Part shown: one piece after another, positions 34,901-45,979 of the stretch | Layout of the letters: each line of letters begins with the position of its first letter | How positions within the stretch are numbered: position 1 is the stretch's first letter | NCBI GenBank assembly: GCA_002269645.1 | Contig: NIVC01000632.1 | Coordinates: 310,001-374,000, forward strand | DNA length: 64,000 nucleotides | Direction: 5' to 3' | From: Macrostomum lignano | Lineage: Eukaryota | The notes under the pieces: generated by a model | The model's database searches: none | What the model was told of the DNA's origin: nothing | Seen by the model: the letters and a program-made list of their open reading frames with translations, nothing else | Translations under genes and position numbers: made by a program

Positions 34901-37900
34901 AATAGAGCTCTCAATGTTCTCAATGCAGATTCGAGCCTTTAAATCAAATAAATTATGCATCAATATTGATTTGTTAGTATGTTACGCCCTTATCTCCGAC
35001 GTGCACTCTTTCTGCACACTAATGCCCCATATGCCTGTTATCTCCATTCTGCATGCAAGGGCGAACAAGAAGTCAGGAGGATTTTTGTCAAATAAACATG
35101 TTTCGAGAAGCACTATAGTCTATATGCTGTATAGAGGCCTATATAGCCAGAACCCTGGAGCAGCAAGCCTTCCCCAAACTCAACGTCAGGCAACAGGTAT
35201 ACGTTAGACTGACTGAAGTTGTTCAGTTTGCACACAAAAGATGGGAAAATTTCTCAGCCAAATTTTACTAATGTTAAACCAATTCTTGTAAATTTTGTCG
35301 CATTTTAAAGTCTGATTAAATCTGGATAAAGGCTAAATGCATGCTAGTAAATTTTATTTTGCTTCGCAGAAGTACTAAAAGAAAGATATTATTGGGCTTT
35401 TATTCAAACTAGTTGTCATGCCGTAGTAAGAAGTTGGAGACAACCTGGTTCGGCTGAGGTTCACGACTTGTCATACATGCGCAACACTCGGCCTACCCGA
35501 CAGGCTGGCGAGGGGCACAGCCAAGGTAAGTCGCAAAAGTGCCCACTCAAAAAAATAGACGTAGTACTAAGTAGATGACGACGCATTTGGTCTTGATAAG
35601 ACAGTCATGGTTACTCTTGCCGTTTACCCAAAATTGCGTTAAATTTTTGCTTTAGGGTTTTCTTTCACAGGTAAGTCGCATTTTTGGTCAAAATTAAGTC
35701 GCACGGCCAGTGTAAATCAGGGGGTATCGCATGTATGACTACTTGTTATGCCGTCGAGCATCATGCATATATTTATTTTGTAACTCGCAAGGGAAGGGCA
35801 ACGTGGCATGCCAAAACGATTTGACATACTCATGATTTGAGTTCAAAAAGCTACAAAAGCTCACGCCGGCACGCCCTCACGCTATGTGTACAGTACTTGT
35901 GTGCATTCAACATATCAGTCACTAGTGTTCCTAATTTAGGGATTGCGATCCCTAGCGAGCACTATTGATCAGAACGGGACAAGCCATTTCTTTTTGTTTA
36001 AATTATTGCATAACGTAATGTTCGCGGTGTGTTAGTGCAACGGATTTACGCAAAGAATCGTCATATTCTTGTGTAATAATATCCAAGAATTTTTTAGATG
36101 TCAAGTCTTGGGGGGGGATTGCTGAGATGTAAAGTCTTGGGAACTGCTGAGATGTAAAAGCTTGGGGGATTGCTGAGATACCAGGCTTACAAATTACTGA
36201 GATGTCAAGTCTTGGGGGGGGGGAATTGCTGAGATGTCTAGTCTTAAGGGGGGGGGGAATTGCTGAGATGTCTAGTCTTGGGGTGGATTGCTGAGATGTC
36301 TAGTCTTGGGGGGGGGATTGCTGAGATGTAAAGTCTTAGGAACTGCTGAGATGTAAAAGCTTGGGGGGATTGCTGAGATACCAGGCTTACAAATTACTGA
36401 GATGTCAAGTCTTGGGGGGGAATTGCTGAGATGTCTAGTCTTGGGGGGGGGGGAATTGCTGAGATGTCAAGTCTTGGGGGGAATTGCTGAGATGTCTAGT
36501 CTTGGGGGGGATTGCTGAGATGTCTAGTCTTGAGGGGGGGGGGATTGCTGAGATGTAAAGTCTTGGGAACTGCTGAGATGTAAAAGCTTGGGGGATTGCT
36601 GAGATACCAGGCTTACAAATTACTGAGATGTCAAGTCTTGGGGGGGGGGGAATTGCTGAGATGTCTAGTCTTGGGGGGATTGCTGAGATGTCTAGTCTTG
36701 GTGGGGGGGGGGGAATTGCTGAGATGTCTAGTCTTGGGGTGGATTGCTGAGATGTCTAGTCTTGGGGGGAATTGTGGAGATGTAAAGTCTTGGGGGGGGG
36801 GGGGGGTCGCTGAGACGGCAAGGCTTGGGGAAATTGCTAAGATGTCAGGGCTTACGGGGGGATTTCTGAGATATCAAGGCTTGGGGGAATTGCTGAGATA
36901 TCAAGGCTTGGGGGGGGGAATGGATGAGATGCCAAGGCTCATTTTTGTATATAAGATAGTAAAATATACCGCAGAAACTCTCCAATCCATTGTGTTGTGT
37001 GCAAACTGAACTGCAGTCAGCCTACAGTTGTCTGATATTGGAGTTTGGGGAAAGTTACTGCTCCAGGTTCTGACTCTAGGCCTCCTTGGCATTGGCTATA
37101 TACATAGATTATAGTCTATCAGACACGAACTCGGGGCAGAGCGAGCAGAGAGCACTATAGTTGCTATTTTGTTCTATCTATCTCCATCCCATGGGATGCT
37201 GCTGAGATGCAAGTGACTGTAGACTGGGACACAGTTAAGCAGGGGAGGGGGTGATTGGGATAGGGATACAGTGGCAGTATGCTCTGGAGAAGGGGGTGGG
37301 GTAAGAGAAGAGGCCGTATTGGTGTTGGCGGGAATAGCTGGGGTGGGAAATGAGGAATATAAGGAATTCGCACAGGCAACTGGATATTGAGGTTGAAGCT
37401 CTGAAATTCTTTTCTTGTCAATCAGCCAAGCGTATACGTTGGCTTCACTGGCTGCCATATTGGGGCATCTTGTCCGGATAATCTACAGTAATAAGCTCCA
37501 AAGTAATGATGGCGAATATATTGTACAAGACTAAGTAAAGCAAAAGTGACATCTCATTTACACTCAACCAAAGCAATGCTAGTGTTATAATGCTTAATGT
37601 TAGTTATAGACTGTCTTTATTTATACAAGACTCTATGCTATGCATCAAAATAGCTTATTTTTCCCGTGAGGTTAAGATTAAAAAGATTCAATGTAGGAAG
37701 CCGACAGATAACGATAAGGAAAATACCTGGGATTAGCCTTGACTTAATGTCATTGTCAATCAATAACTAAAGGTACAGGCTAAGCTCAGACTAGGAGAGA
37801 GATAGGCTAAACTCAATCTCAATATTGTTATAAGGATTAGGAGCATTGTTAGACCAGTGCTATATGTGCTAGGTTGGGCAGTCGGAGGAGTCAGGAACTG

Positions 37901-40448
37901 GGGACTCAGAATAGAACAGGATTAGGAATTGCCTTGTTGATTAATAGTACAATAAGTTTCAGTATTAGCGTCCGATCAACACCAACACATTTACAAAATA
38001 ACGTAGCTTATAAAAGTTACAGTGTTAAATTAAACAATATAAATACTTAGAACTGGAGTTGAAGTTACCATAATTATAATATTTTGTCGCACCGGCCCGC
38101 GTCTTCTGGTCCTTTTGCTACTTTTTGTGCAAACGATAGATAACTCAACTTCCATTTTCTATGTCGTTCGACTCGTTCTTGTCTTTTTCTGTATAAAATT
38201 GTCCAATGTTGTCCTGTCGTCTGTAGTCTGGAGTCTGGACTCTAAATTTCTAGAGCAGACACCGAGTGACTGAGAGTAGATCCTCCCTGCTTCTTTTAAA
38301 GCCAATCCTTCGTAAGTGTAGTCCAATTTCTCTCCTATAGTGAACAACTCGCATTCACTTATAAATCCTTAGTGGCCCTTCTTGAATCTGGTTTCATAGA
38401 AGCGTGGCTAAGAACAATTTGTATTACAGGGTAGGAAAATCTACGAAACGCCCAGTGAGGGACTTCCGGTCCTCTAGTCCTCCCCGCGAGCTAATTTTTA
38501 CCATTATACAGTGTGAAAAATCAATAAAACTTTCCTTGTTACATGTATATATGTTACGAGCGTGTGGCTTTAAGAGAATACCAACAAACGACACAATGAG
38601 GACGCGGGATTAACTGAATGACTGTACAATGTCGTCAGACTTGGACTTGGAACAAGAATTTGGTTAGGGCTGGGCCAAGCGGGGGGGGGGGTCAAGTCCA
38701 TGTTTTATTGCCAGCCAATCCGCCAGACAAGTCCGAACCACTTCGCCCAATCCTGGGCCACTTAAATAATTAAAGCCAAAGTGAACCGATCAAGCCGCGT
38801 CTTGCAAACACAATAGACGAAGCCATTTGTCCAGACAGTGGCTATAAAAAATCTTGTTGTTTACGCCTATGGTCCGTCTTAGCCCTAATCTAATCTACTA
38901 TCTTCTATCAGAATAGATAAGGAAGGGGTAGAAGTAAAACAATAAGCACTTTATAATAGATCGATAGTTTACCTTCTACCACTAATTATCCACCGTCTAT
39001 TTTAAACTTAAGCGTCAATTAAATCCGCTGTGCCATTTTTGTCAAAACTTAATATGAGCTAGTTTAGCGTGCAATAACAGCAAAGAGCATTTCTATCTGT
39101 CCAATCCAATCTAATCTAATAACACTAATACTTCCATACTACAGTGATAGGTCCTGGTAATACTTTGTTAGCTAAGCTGAGCTTTAAATTAAGATGAATT
39201 GATATTAGAGCGGCCTTCAACTTTACGTCCGTCTTTTTTCGTCTAAGCTGAAGCTCAGCTACTAGGAAATGGAAGCCTTATATGTGCGCTTCGTCCATCT
39301 AAATTTAATCAGTTAGGCGAGTTAGCTCGGCTCAGCATCAGTGTAAGGCCTAGTTAGTGTAGTAGTGCAATAGATAGTGCTAGTTAGTAAATTTCAACCT
39401 AACTATCAGCACAACACAAGACAGTGTATTATGCGTGTCTCGTATCCCAGGCATGGGGAGGTAGGATCACAGGGTTCCTAGTCCTAGCCTTAGGAAATTT
39501 TCTAGACTATGAAAGAGTGCTGCCGCTAGTCGTATTTCGTCACACTAGGATCAGATCAAGCCATTTATTTCATTTGCACTAAACTCAGCTCAGATAGCTA
39601 TTAATCCTATATATTTTATACGATGCAAGTGCACCCTCCCAGATCCAGACCGGCTGTTACGTAGAAATTACGCTCGTAAACTGCGCAAAATTTTTGTTTC
39701 CCAGCTAAATTAAAAAAATGAACTTGAAAATGTCAAATTCCACATTAGTCTTCTTTGCAGAGACTAAAGCTAGTTAAAGCGAGTTAAAGATTAAAGAACA
39801 AGCTTACTTACAAGCCCGTGTTTTTAACTTCGCATTTTCATATTTCTCACGAACTATGACGAACAGTTAACGTTTAGTTTAGAAAATGTTTTGTTTTATA
39901 CCGTCATTTTCAGTGACGCAGCCAGGAATTTATTTTGCAAGAGGGCCCATTCAGCACCCGGAGGAGGGGTATAGGGGGAGGGATTTTTCTCCAGAATTTC
40001 AGGGGGAGGGGTATTTTTTTCCAGAATTTCAGGGGGAGGGGTATTTTTTCCCAGAATTTCAGGGGGAGGGGTATTTTTTCTCCAGAATTTCAGAGGGAGG
40101 GGTATTTTTTCTCCAGAATTTCAGGGGGAGGGGTATTTTTTCTCCGGAATTTTGGGGGGCGAATTTCAGGGGGCAGGCCCCCCGGCCCCCCTTGGCTGCA
40201 CCACTGGTAATTTTATAAATAAATCAGAGATGACAATACGATGCAAATCCAATGGGCTTTTTAATGCTTACCTGATAAATAGCGCCAGCAACATACCCCG
40301 GATGCACCGGAGTGGCTGGTCCATCACTCTCGTCCGTTGCCTCTTCAGCGGAGCCGCGAGAATTTTTTAATAATTTCTCGTCGGCAGTGTCGGCACTATT
40401 AGATGCATTCCTTGGCTTGTCTCCATCGTTACGATCTTTCTCTGCCAT
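22902..40448 (-). CDS. SLC6 (sodium:neurotransmitter symporter family) amino-acid-type transporter; exons 40448-40272 (inferred first exon), 32237-31949, 30885-30754, 28805-28560, 27548-27449, 26741-26474, 25506-25165, 23855-22902 (~835 aa)
   Basis: Motifs: [52 protein letters not shown]2 WESC..W...[64 protein letters not shown]. Gly rather than Asp in TM1 indicates an amino-acid, not monoamine, substrate. Exons 2-8 are firm. Exon 1 is assigned from its AAAATGG start, CAG|GTAAGC donor and phase-0 match (confidence ~0.6). Confidence 0.92.
23888..24325. repeat. 33-35-bp minisatellite in SLC6 intron 7
   Basis: TTTGATGAGATGGCCGCATCAGATAAGAGAGCA units. Confidence 0.9.
25595..26350. repeat. 21-bp minisatellite (GATTGATACAATCCATTATGA) in SLC6 intron 6
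   Basis: 7-aa periodicity. Confidence 0.9.
27670..28525. repeat. 21-bp minisatellite (ATGGAATCCCCTAATAGCTTC) interrupted by a SINE
   Basis: Direct inspection. Confidence 0.9.
27775..28064 (+). mobile_element. tRNA-derived SINE (~290 bp) inside a 21-bp minisatellite, SLC6 intron 4
   Basis: A-box TAGCCCAGCGG (27783-27793), B-box-like GGCTCGATTCC (27826-27836), unique body and TAATAAAAAAA tail. The same minisatellite flanks both sides. Confidence 0.75.
29275..30670. repeat. 33-bp minisatellite (CTACTCTCTAATCCGCTCTCCACTATCCGCTAC) in SLC6 intron 3
   Basis: Direct inspection. Confidence 0.95.
31000..31910. repeat. GGGATTTGGGATCAGG-type composite minisatellite in SLC6 intron 2
   Basis: Direct inspection. 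Confidence 0.9.
32275..33170. repeat. ~37-43-bp minisatellite (homogeneous 41-bp units at the 3' end) in SLC6 intron 1
   Basis: GAGCAGGGATCCGAGTCTGGTATCTCCCTCTTCATTGTTGT units. Confidence 0.9.
33505..33995. repeat. 33-34-bp minisatellite (GGGCTAACTAGTGTGCTATCTGTGTGCTG...)
   Basis: Direct inspection. Confidence 0.9.
36095..36940. repeat. GAATTGCTGAGATGTCAAGTCTTGGGG-type repeat with variable G runs
   Basis: Direct inspection; related in inverted orientation to 48940-50030. Confidence 0.85.
39911..40206. mobile_element. hAT-like MITE
   Basis: TIRs CAGTGACGCAGCCAGG and CTTGGCTGCACCACTG; 8-bp TSD GTCATTTT / GTAATTTT (7/8); internal ~30-bp G-rich repeat. Confidence 0.8.
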
Positions 40449-41154
40449 TTTATTGATTTTCTTAACTATTTTCAGCTTAATAATTTCCTTACTTTGTTAG
40501 GGATTTTAGATGCCTAATTTTATTGGTCGGTTCGTTTTTTAAAGTGGGGAAACTATGGCCTAATTTTAATTCAAACTGTTATCTTGTGAAACCGAATAGA
40601 ATACAGGCAACTCTCCCCAGCACAAACCATGCTATTTAGTAGACTGCCTTTTCTCTCCTCTCCACTTTAACAATCCCTTCCCCCCCCCCGTTTGTAGGAG
40701 TTTGAAAGATGCGTACACTGGGCTATATGTACAATTGTACATTCCCGCAACCCTATTTCTGTGCGTTGGATTCGTCACCCTATTTTACACGACTTTCTTC
40801 TCCTTTTTCTGTTTTATGGAGCACATATAGGCAAATAGAGAGCGTGTGATGGAAATTCCCGAGATACCCTTCTCTCTCCGTCTCTGCCCCCCCCCGATGC
40901 CATTGGTCCGCTGAAACGTAACTTGCTTGCTTTCTAGGAAATTCAAATTCTCTCCACTCTATGGCTGGCCTCTGACTAACTAACCCATTGGGCCGTTAGA
41001 CTTAATGGGGATTTTCAAAAGACACAGTGTCTTTTTCCACCCCCGCATTGCTGGCCCTGAATGAAAGCAAAGCTGATTCATTCAAACGCCTCAAACTATC
41101 AACCAAGCCAAAAAAGCAAACAAACCATTCAATATATTACTTTTAAGCCTGGCT

Positions 41155-41424
41155 CAGGGGCGTAGCGAGGGGGGTATCGGTATATCGGCCGATACCCCCA
41201 AATTTCCAAAGCAACATTTTTTTCCTTTTTTCAGTTGCAATTGTGACCATTAACTAAGGAAGAGAAAGGTATCCAAATCGAAACAATAACAATTAACAAA
41301 CAAATAGAGTAATTATATGTATTATGCACTAGAAATACATTAAGGGGATATGTGGATCTCAAGCCCTTGCTTTCTGATAACAGCTAACCGATACCCCCAA
41401 AAAAAATCCTGGCTACGCCCCTGG
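41155..41424. mobile_element. hAT-like MITE
   Basis: 16-bp TIRs CAGGGGCGTAGCGAGG and CCTGGCTACGCCCCTG (15/16); perfect 8-bp TSD GCCTGGCT. Confidence 0.9.
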
Positions 41425-41580
41425 CCTGGCTACCTAATTTAGCAATTATTTGATAACAGAAACCAAGCTTTCAGCTTTGGTGGGGTAGGGTAAATGAACT
41501 TAGTTGACCCCTTTATACGTATAGAGATATAGTAAAACAGAGTACCGTACCTTATAACAGTAGTGTTAGCACTGTTTGCC

Positions 41581-41799
41581 CAGTGGCGGCGCAGGCGGGG
41601 GCAGAGGGGCTGCTACCCAGATGACCACCCTCCCATCCTCCCTGGGGTGACCCACCATAATTTTTAGTACGAGCTCGGTATGCGTTTTTGAGATTTTAGC
41701 GTAATGCGCTGCACTAATTCTAAAAATTCGTTGGGGGGAGGGGGTGACCACCCAACCACCGCCCCCCCCCCCCAATCGAAAGGTGCTGCACCGCCACTG
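41581..41799. mobile_element. MITE with hAT-like termini
   Basis: 14-bp TIRs CAGTGGCGGCGCAG and CTGCACCGCCACTG (13/14); no clear TSD. Confidence 0.65.
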
Positions 41800-43299
41800 T
41801 CTTTTTAGCATGCTAATCATTGGCGTTCTAATTCGAGCTAAATGCTTCGAAGTATTTACAACATTTTACTTTATTACTCATTGCTACACAACGCTTTTAC
41901 TACTGTTACTGGTAACAGTGTCTTCAGGTTTCTTGGAATATTGAGCTAAGTTAGCATTGTATGTTTAGGTCTGCTCATCTCAAGAAGGCTTGATATTGGG
42001 TCGAATAGCAAGGGTTTTTTCTACAAAACGCTATTTTTCAGAATACGAGTTACTAGTATACTACACTTAAGTCTTCATTTTTTTATCAATATACTGCAGA
42101 GTCACAGGTCCCTCCCCGAATTCTTAGTGTGGGTATGGGTTAAAAAGGTCAGTAAAAACTAAAACAAGCTGTGTAATAGAGCCAGAAATTCTCAGTCTGA
42201 GAAGAGGGCAGCCCAGTAGAGAGAGAGAGAGGGGGGGGAGGCGTGAACTTAAACAATAAAACTTGAGCAAGAATAAAGGTGAGTTACGCTCGCATTCAGC
42301 CGGGAGTAGAAAAAAACACTGGGTGGGGGATTTCCATGACTCTCTACCACTCTGTGGGTAAGCATTTTTTATATAGCATCTACAGTCTAAAGTGGTTTAT
42401 TTGTAGACTGAGACTGGGACAGCAGAGAGGGCGAGGCTGCAACTGAGTGTGAGGATGCAACTGAGAGTCTGAGGCTGCAACTGAGAGTCTGAGAATGCAA
42501 CTGAGAGTGAGGCTGCAACTGCAAGAGAGAGAGGCTGCAATCGAGAGAGCGAGGGTGCAACGGATAGAGTGGGGATGCAACTGAGAGTGTGAGGATGCAC
42601 TCACTCAGTAGAACTAATTAACTCAGATCAAAGTTCGAAGCATTGAAATGCGTTTGGGGGCATTTTCCTAACTGCCTCCACTATTCTTACATGCTTGCTG
42701 GCATTCTTATCCAGCATTACGCATCTCGTATTGGAACGCATCAGCATTACAAACTGGTAAACAAGAATCATACAATATATTGACTGCTCACCAATGATCC
42801 AATCCAATGTTTGCCATTGGAAATTCGCCGCTTTGTAGGCTGAGCCATGTGACGCATGCTGCACAGCACAGTACAAGATTAACTTAAGCAGCCACGAGTC
42901 TAGCCGTCTATCGCTAATTTATACGTCGGAAAGTTTGAAGTTGCTACTTCGGTGACTATTTTCTCAATGTTATACTCGTATAACTAAGTTGTAGCTAAAA
43001 TATTGCATTTAATATATCAGCATCAGAAGATGCAGCTGGAACCGGTCGGCACTGCATGGGAGTGGCGTGGTATTAACACTCGCATAGATAGGAAATCTTG
43101 TTTAGGCGATAAATTATTCCATGACAGTTTGGCTACAATTAGACACACTTGCATGGCAGATGCAGCAGTGTTTGGGTAAACATAGCAGAGATGCGCTGCA
43201 AAATCTGCTCGCAGTGTACATGTATTGTACATCGATCGTACAAGAACACATGGATTTGTCTACTCTACTGGTTTGGAAACTTGACGCATTGCAAAAGTT

Positions 43300-43800
43300 G
43301 TCGCAACGCAGCAGACCAAAATTTGCATCGCCAGCGGAACGAGAGGCAGTGAATGTCACAGATGCACCAAAGCTCCACACCAAAGGTGTGCCAAAGTTTG
43401 ACTTGGAGTCTCAACGACATCTACTAGTATTCCTGCAGTGGATCCAGATGTGGAATAGCTTTGAAGCAATATCAGGCCTGATACTCGTAGATCTACCAGG
43501 CGGCTCCCAGAAGCGTCTGCGCCTATGCGCTCTGCAAACAGCACTCAGTCTGGAGACACCTAAGTCGTGGAGAATCTTCCCGACTTGAAAGCAGAAACCA
43601 AGGATCCCGACAGCAACCTGAACGCACTGGAAAATTCATCTCTGCAGAAAGAAATGAGTCTTTTAAGCGTCGAGAATTTTGGATGCGAAACCAACAGCTA
43701 GACGAGTCATTCAGCAGCTGGTGCATGGCTCTGAAGGAAATTTCAGAGGCGACCAACAGAACTTGCTCTCAAAAGGGTCTGCATGGAATGACACAAGGCT
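43300..43800 (+). mobile_element. Decayed LTR-retrotransposon gag fragment
   Basis: GVPKFDLESQRH..FLQWIQMWNSF and KRREFWMRNQQLDESFSSWCMALKEISEA resemble the gypsy gag R.F..RNQ..GESF..Y..AL.EL motif; frameshifted. Confidence 0.55.
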
Positions 43801-43999
43801 GTGGGCAGTACGACTCGGCGCAAATGATGTGGCTTGCCAGCTGGAGTCGCCAACAGCGCAACAACAGGTTGCTTGGACGTACCAGGCCGGCGCGACGATA
43901 TAGTATCGGCTGTGCCGCATTGGAAACTCACTCGTCGCCGATCTTGGAAGACGGCGCGCAGCAGGAACTACCACAAGACGCAACTTGGTAAGGTCCAAG

Positions 44000-44420
44000 C
44001 GGTCAGAGGGCGTCAACTGGCGCTCCGCAGCGCGACAGAGCAAAGTCCGCCCTGCCAGCGGCATTGAGAGTGCCCCAGCGTTGCACAGCAGTCCACGTAT
44101 CGATGGGTTCGGGCCTGGCCCCGGTTGTGGACGGGCGTTGCAGCTGGGCTCTCTGGTACTCGGCTTCAGTCCCGACGCTCTCGTGAACTCGAAAGAGCGC
44201 ACGGTGTTAGTGTCCACATCTCAGTGCTGTAGAGCAGGACGGTCTCGACCACCGCATGCCGAAGCCAAGCCTTCTGGCGTCGGGAGGCACTTCGGACTGA
44301 AAGACGGCCCTAATGGATTGGTACAGGCGAGGCCACCCAAGCAAGTCCTTTGCGCCTTCAGATGTTCTTTGTGGGTCACCAGATCACCGAGATAGGTGAT
44401 CAGTTGAGCGCGTTTTCTAC
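44000..44420 (-). mobile_element. Decayed non-LTR (RTE-like LINE) reverse transcriptase C-terminal fragment
   Basis: Minus strand ITYLG (44400-44386) and AVVETVLLYSTEMWTLT (~44256-44207) match the LINE FKYLGS / ATVETVLLYGSEAWTLT region; frameshifted. Confidence 0.7.
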
Positions 44421-44614
44421 TGCCTGTCGGCGCCGCGGCATGTCAGTTTTGCTGGGATGTCAGCCGGCACGGTGAGTACTTCGGTCATACAGTAAGCCTA
44501 ACAAGGCAGACGCTGGAAGCTATTTCGACCAACCTGTTGATTTGGCGCTGAGCATCTGCAACAGTTCATGACAGGATGGAGAGGCATACATGCGCAACAT
44601 CGGGAATCATCGAT

Positions 44615-44725
44615 CGTTTCTATTGGCAACACACACACATGTAAGTCGCTATCATGGCTGAGAGCAGTCACGTGACTACTATTCTGTCAATAGCGACTTA
44701 CATGTGTGTGTTGCCAATAGAAACG
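44615..44725. repeat. 111-bp palindromic (fold-back) element
   Basis: Arms 44615-44652 and 44690-44725 are perfect inverted repeats apart from one extra AC; central palindrome AGTCACGTGACT at 44666-44677. Confidence 0.9.
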
Positions 44726-45699
44726 GCCGGGTGAATCCCTAGATTGCGCCCAAACATGTGGCGAGGCCAAGAAAACCGAGGCGCCCACATCATTTCAGTG
44801 GGATTTCGGGACTGCCCTCACAGACCGAGTGGCAGCCCAGGCAAGGCTGTTGGCAACACCCCGCAGATCTTTGCAAACGTCGGGAACCAACAGCCGACAG
44901 CGACGAGGTAGACAATCAGCTTGCCCAGCCGTTGCTGTTGCTGAGCGTTGAGCAACCTCTCCGATCGGTGTCAACCCACGCGCAAAGCCACGGTAGTGCT
45001 GCGGGAACCTTACCGCAGAAAAATCTCGTGCTTCCTCTGAGCTCCATTCATAATAATGAAAAAAATAATTTAAAAAGAAATCCAATTTTATTGTCTTCTG
45101 TCATAAACATAAGAGTAGCCTGCACACAAGGAGAATAAAGTTTAAATATGCGATTCATAAATTTATAACAAGCTTGCAAGAAGCAATAATATAATTAAGG
45201 CTATTACCAAAAGAAAATATCTAGCATTATGTACAATGTTATCAAACTTGACCAATCACAATTTAGCCAACAGAAATTGGAGACAAAAACGGTGACAGAC
45301 TGTCTGGGGAAATTGTGGAAAATAGTAACAATATATAAGCAACACCAATCGTATGTTAAATAGGTGCTGCAATAGCCAACACCTTGGTACCATATAGGAC
45401 AATGCAACACATTTGTGAGATAGCAGAACATGAAGATACATCAACAAAGAAATTATTATATAGAGAACCTTAATTATTTAAATATATATTTATATTGCAA
45501 GTGTTCGAACTGCATCAATGTCTATTATTTTAGCTCGGAAGATCACGAATACAGATCGCATACACTCTGTGTTTCCTACCCCACACCCGTTTCTAATCTC
45601 ACTGTTCCAGAGTTCCATATCTTCAGTAATACCTCACTTTCAGAACCTTCATCCCCCACTCTTAGATCCTAAATCCACTTTCAGATCCCTGATATCCTT

Positions 45700-45885
45700 T
45701 AAGATCCAAATACCACTGAATTCTAATTCTAATCCCACTTCCAGATCCCAAATATCACTGAATCGCTATTCCAATCCCACTTCCAGATCCCAAATATCAC
45801 TGAATCGCTATTCTAATCCCACTTCCAGATCCCAAATATCGCTATTCTAATCCCACTTCCAGATCCCAAATATCACTGAGTTCTG
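45700..45885. repeat. ~51-bp tandem repeat just 3' of the DCTN3 stop
   Basis: AATCCCACTTCCAGATCCCAAATATC units. Confidence 0.8.
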
Positions 45886-45979
45886 ATTCCTGAATTCTAA
45901 TCCAGACACGCGAGGCCGGAACTTGACTCGAACCAACGAAACGAGACGTGATGCCAACTTGCATCGCTCAATCCGTCAA

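Noticed and set aside
52-36940. Many long ORFs with periodic sequence (TPHS, MTNLNDRLP, AHRTSPMP, MESPNSF, WDLGSG, etc.)
   Set aside because: They are translations of tandem repeats lying in introns or intergenic DNA, usually open on several frames and both strands.
37174-38347. Minus-strand ORFs 37174-37458 and 38159-38347 as a nested gene
   Set aside because: No recognisable domain and no consistent splice chain that I could build.
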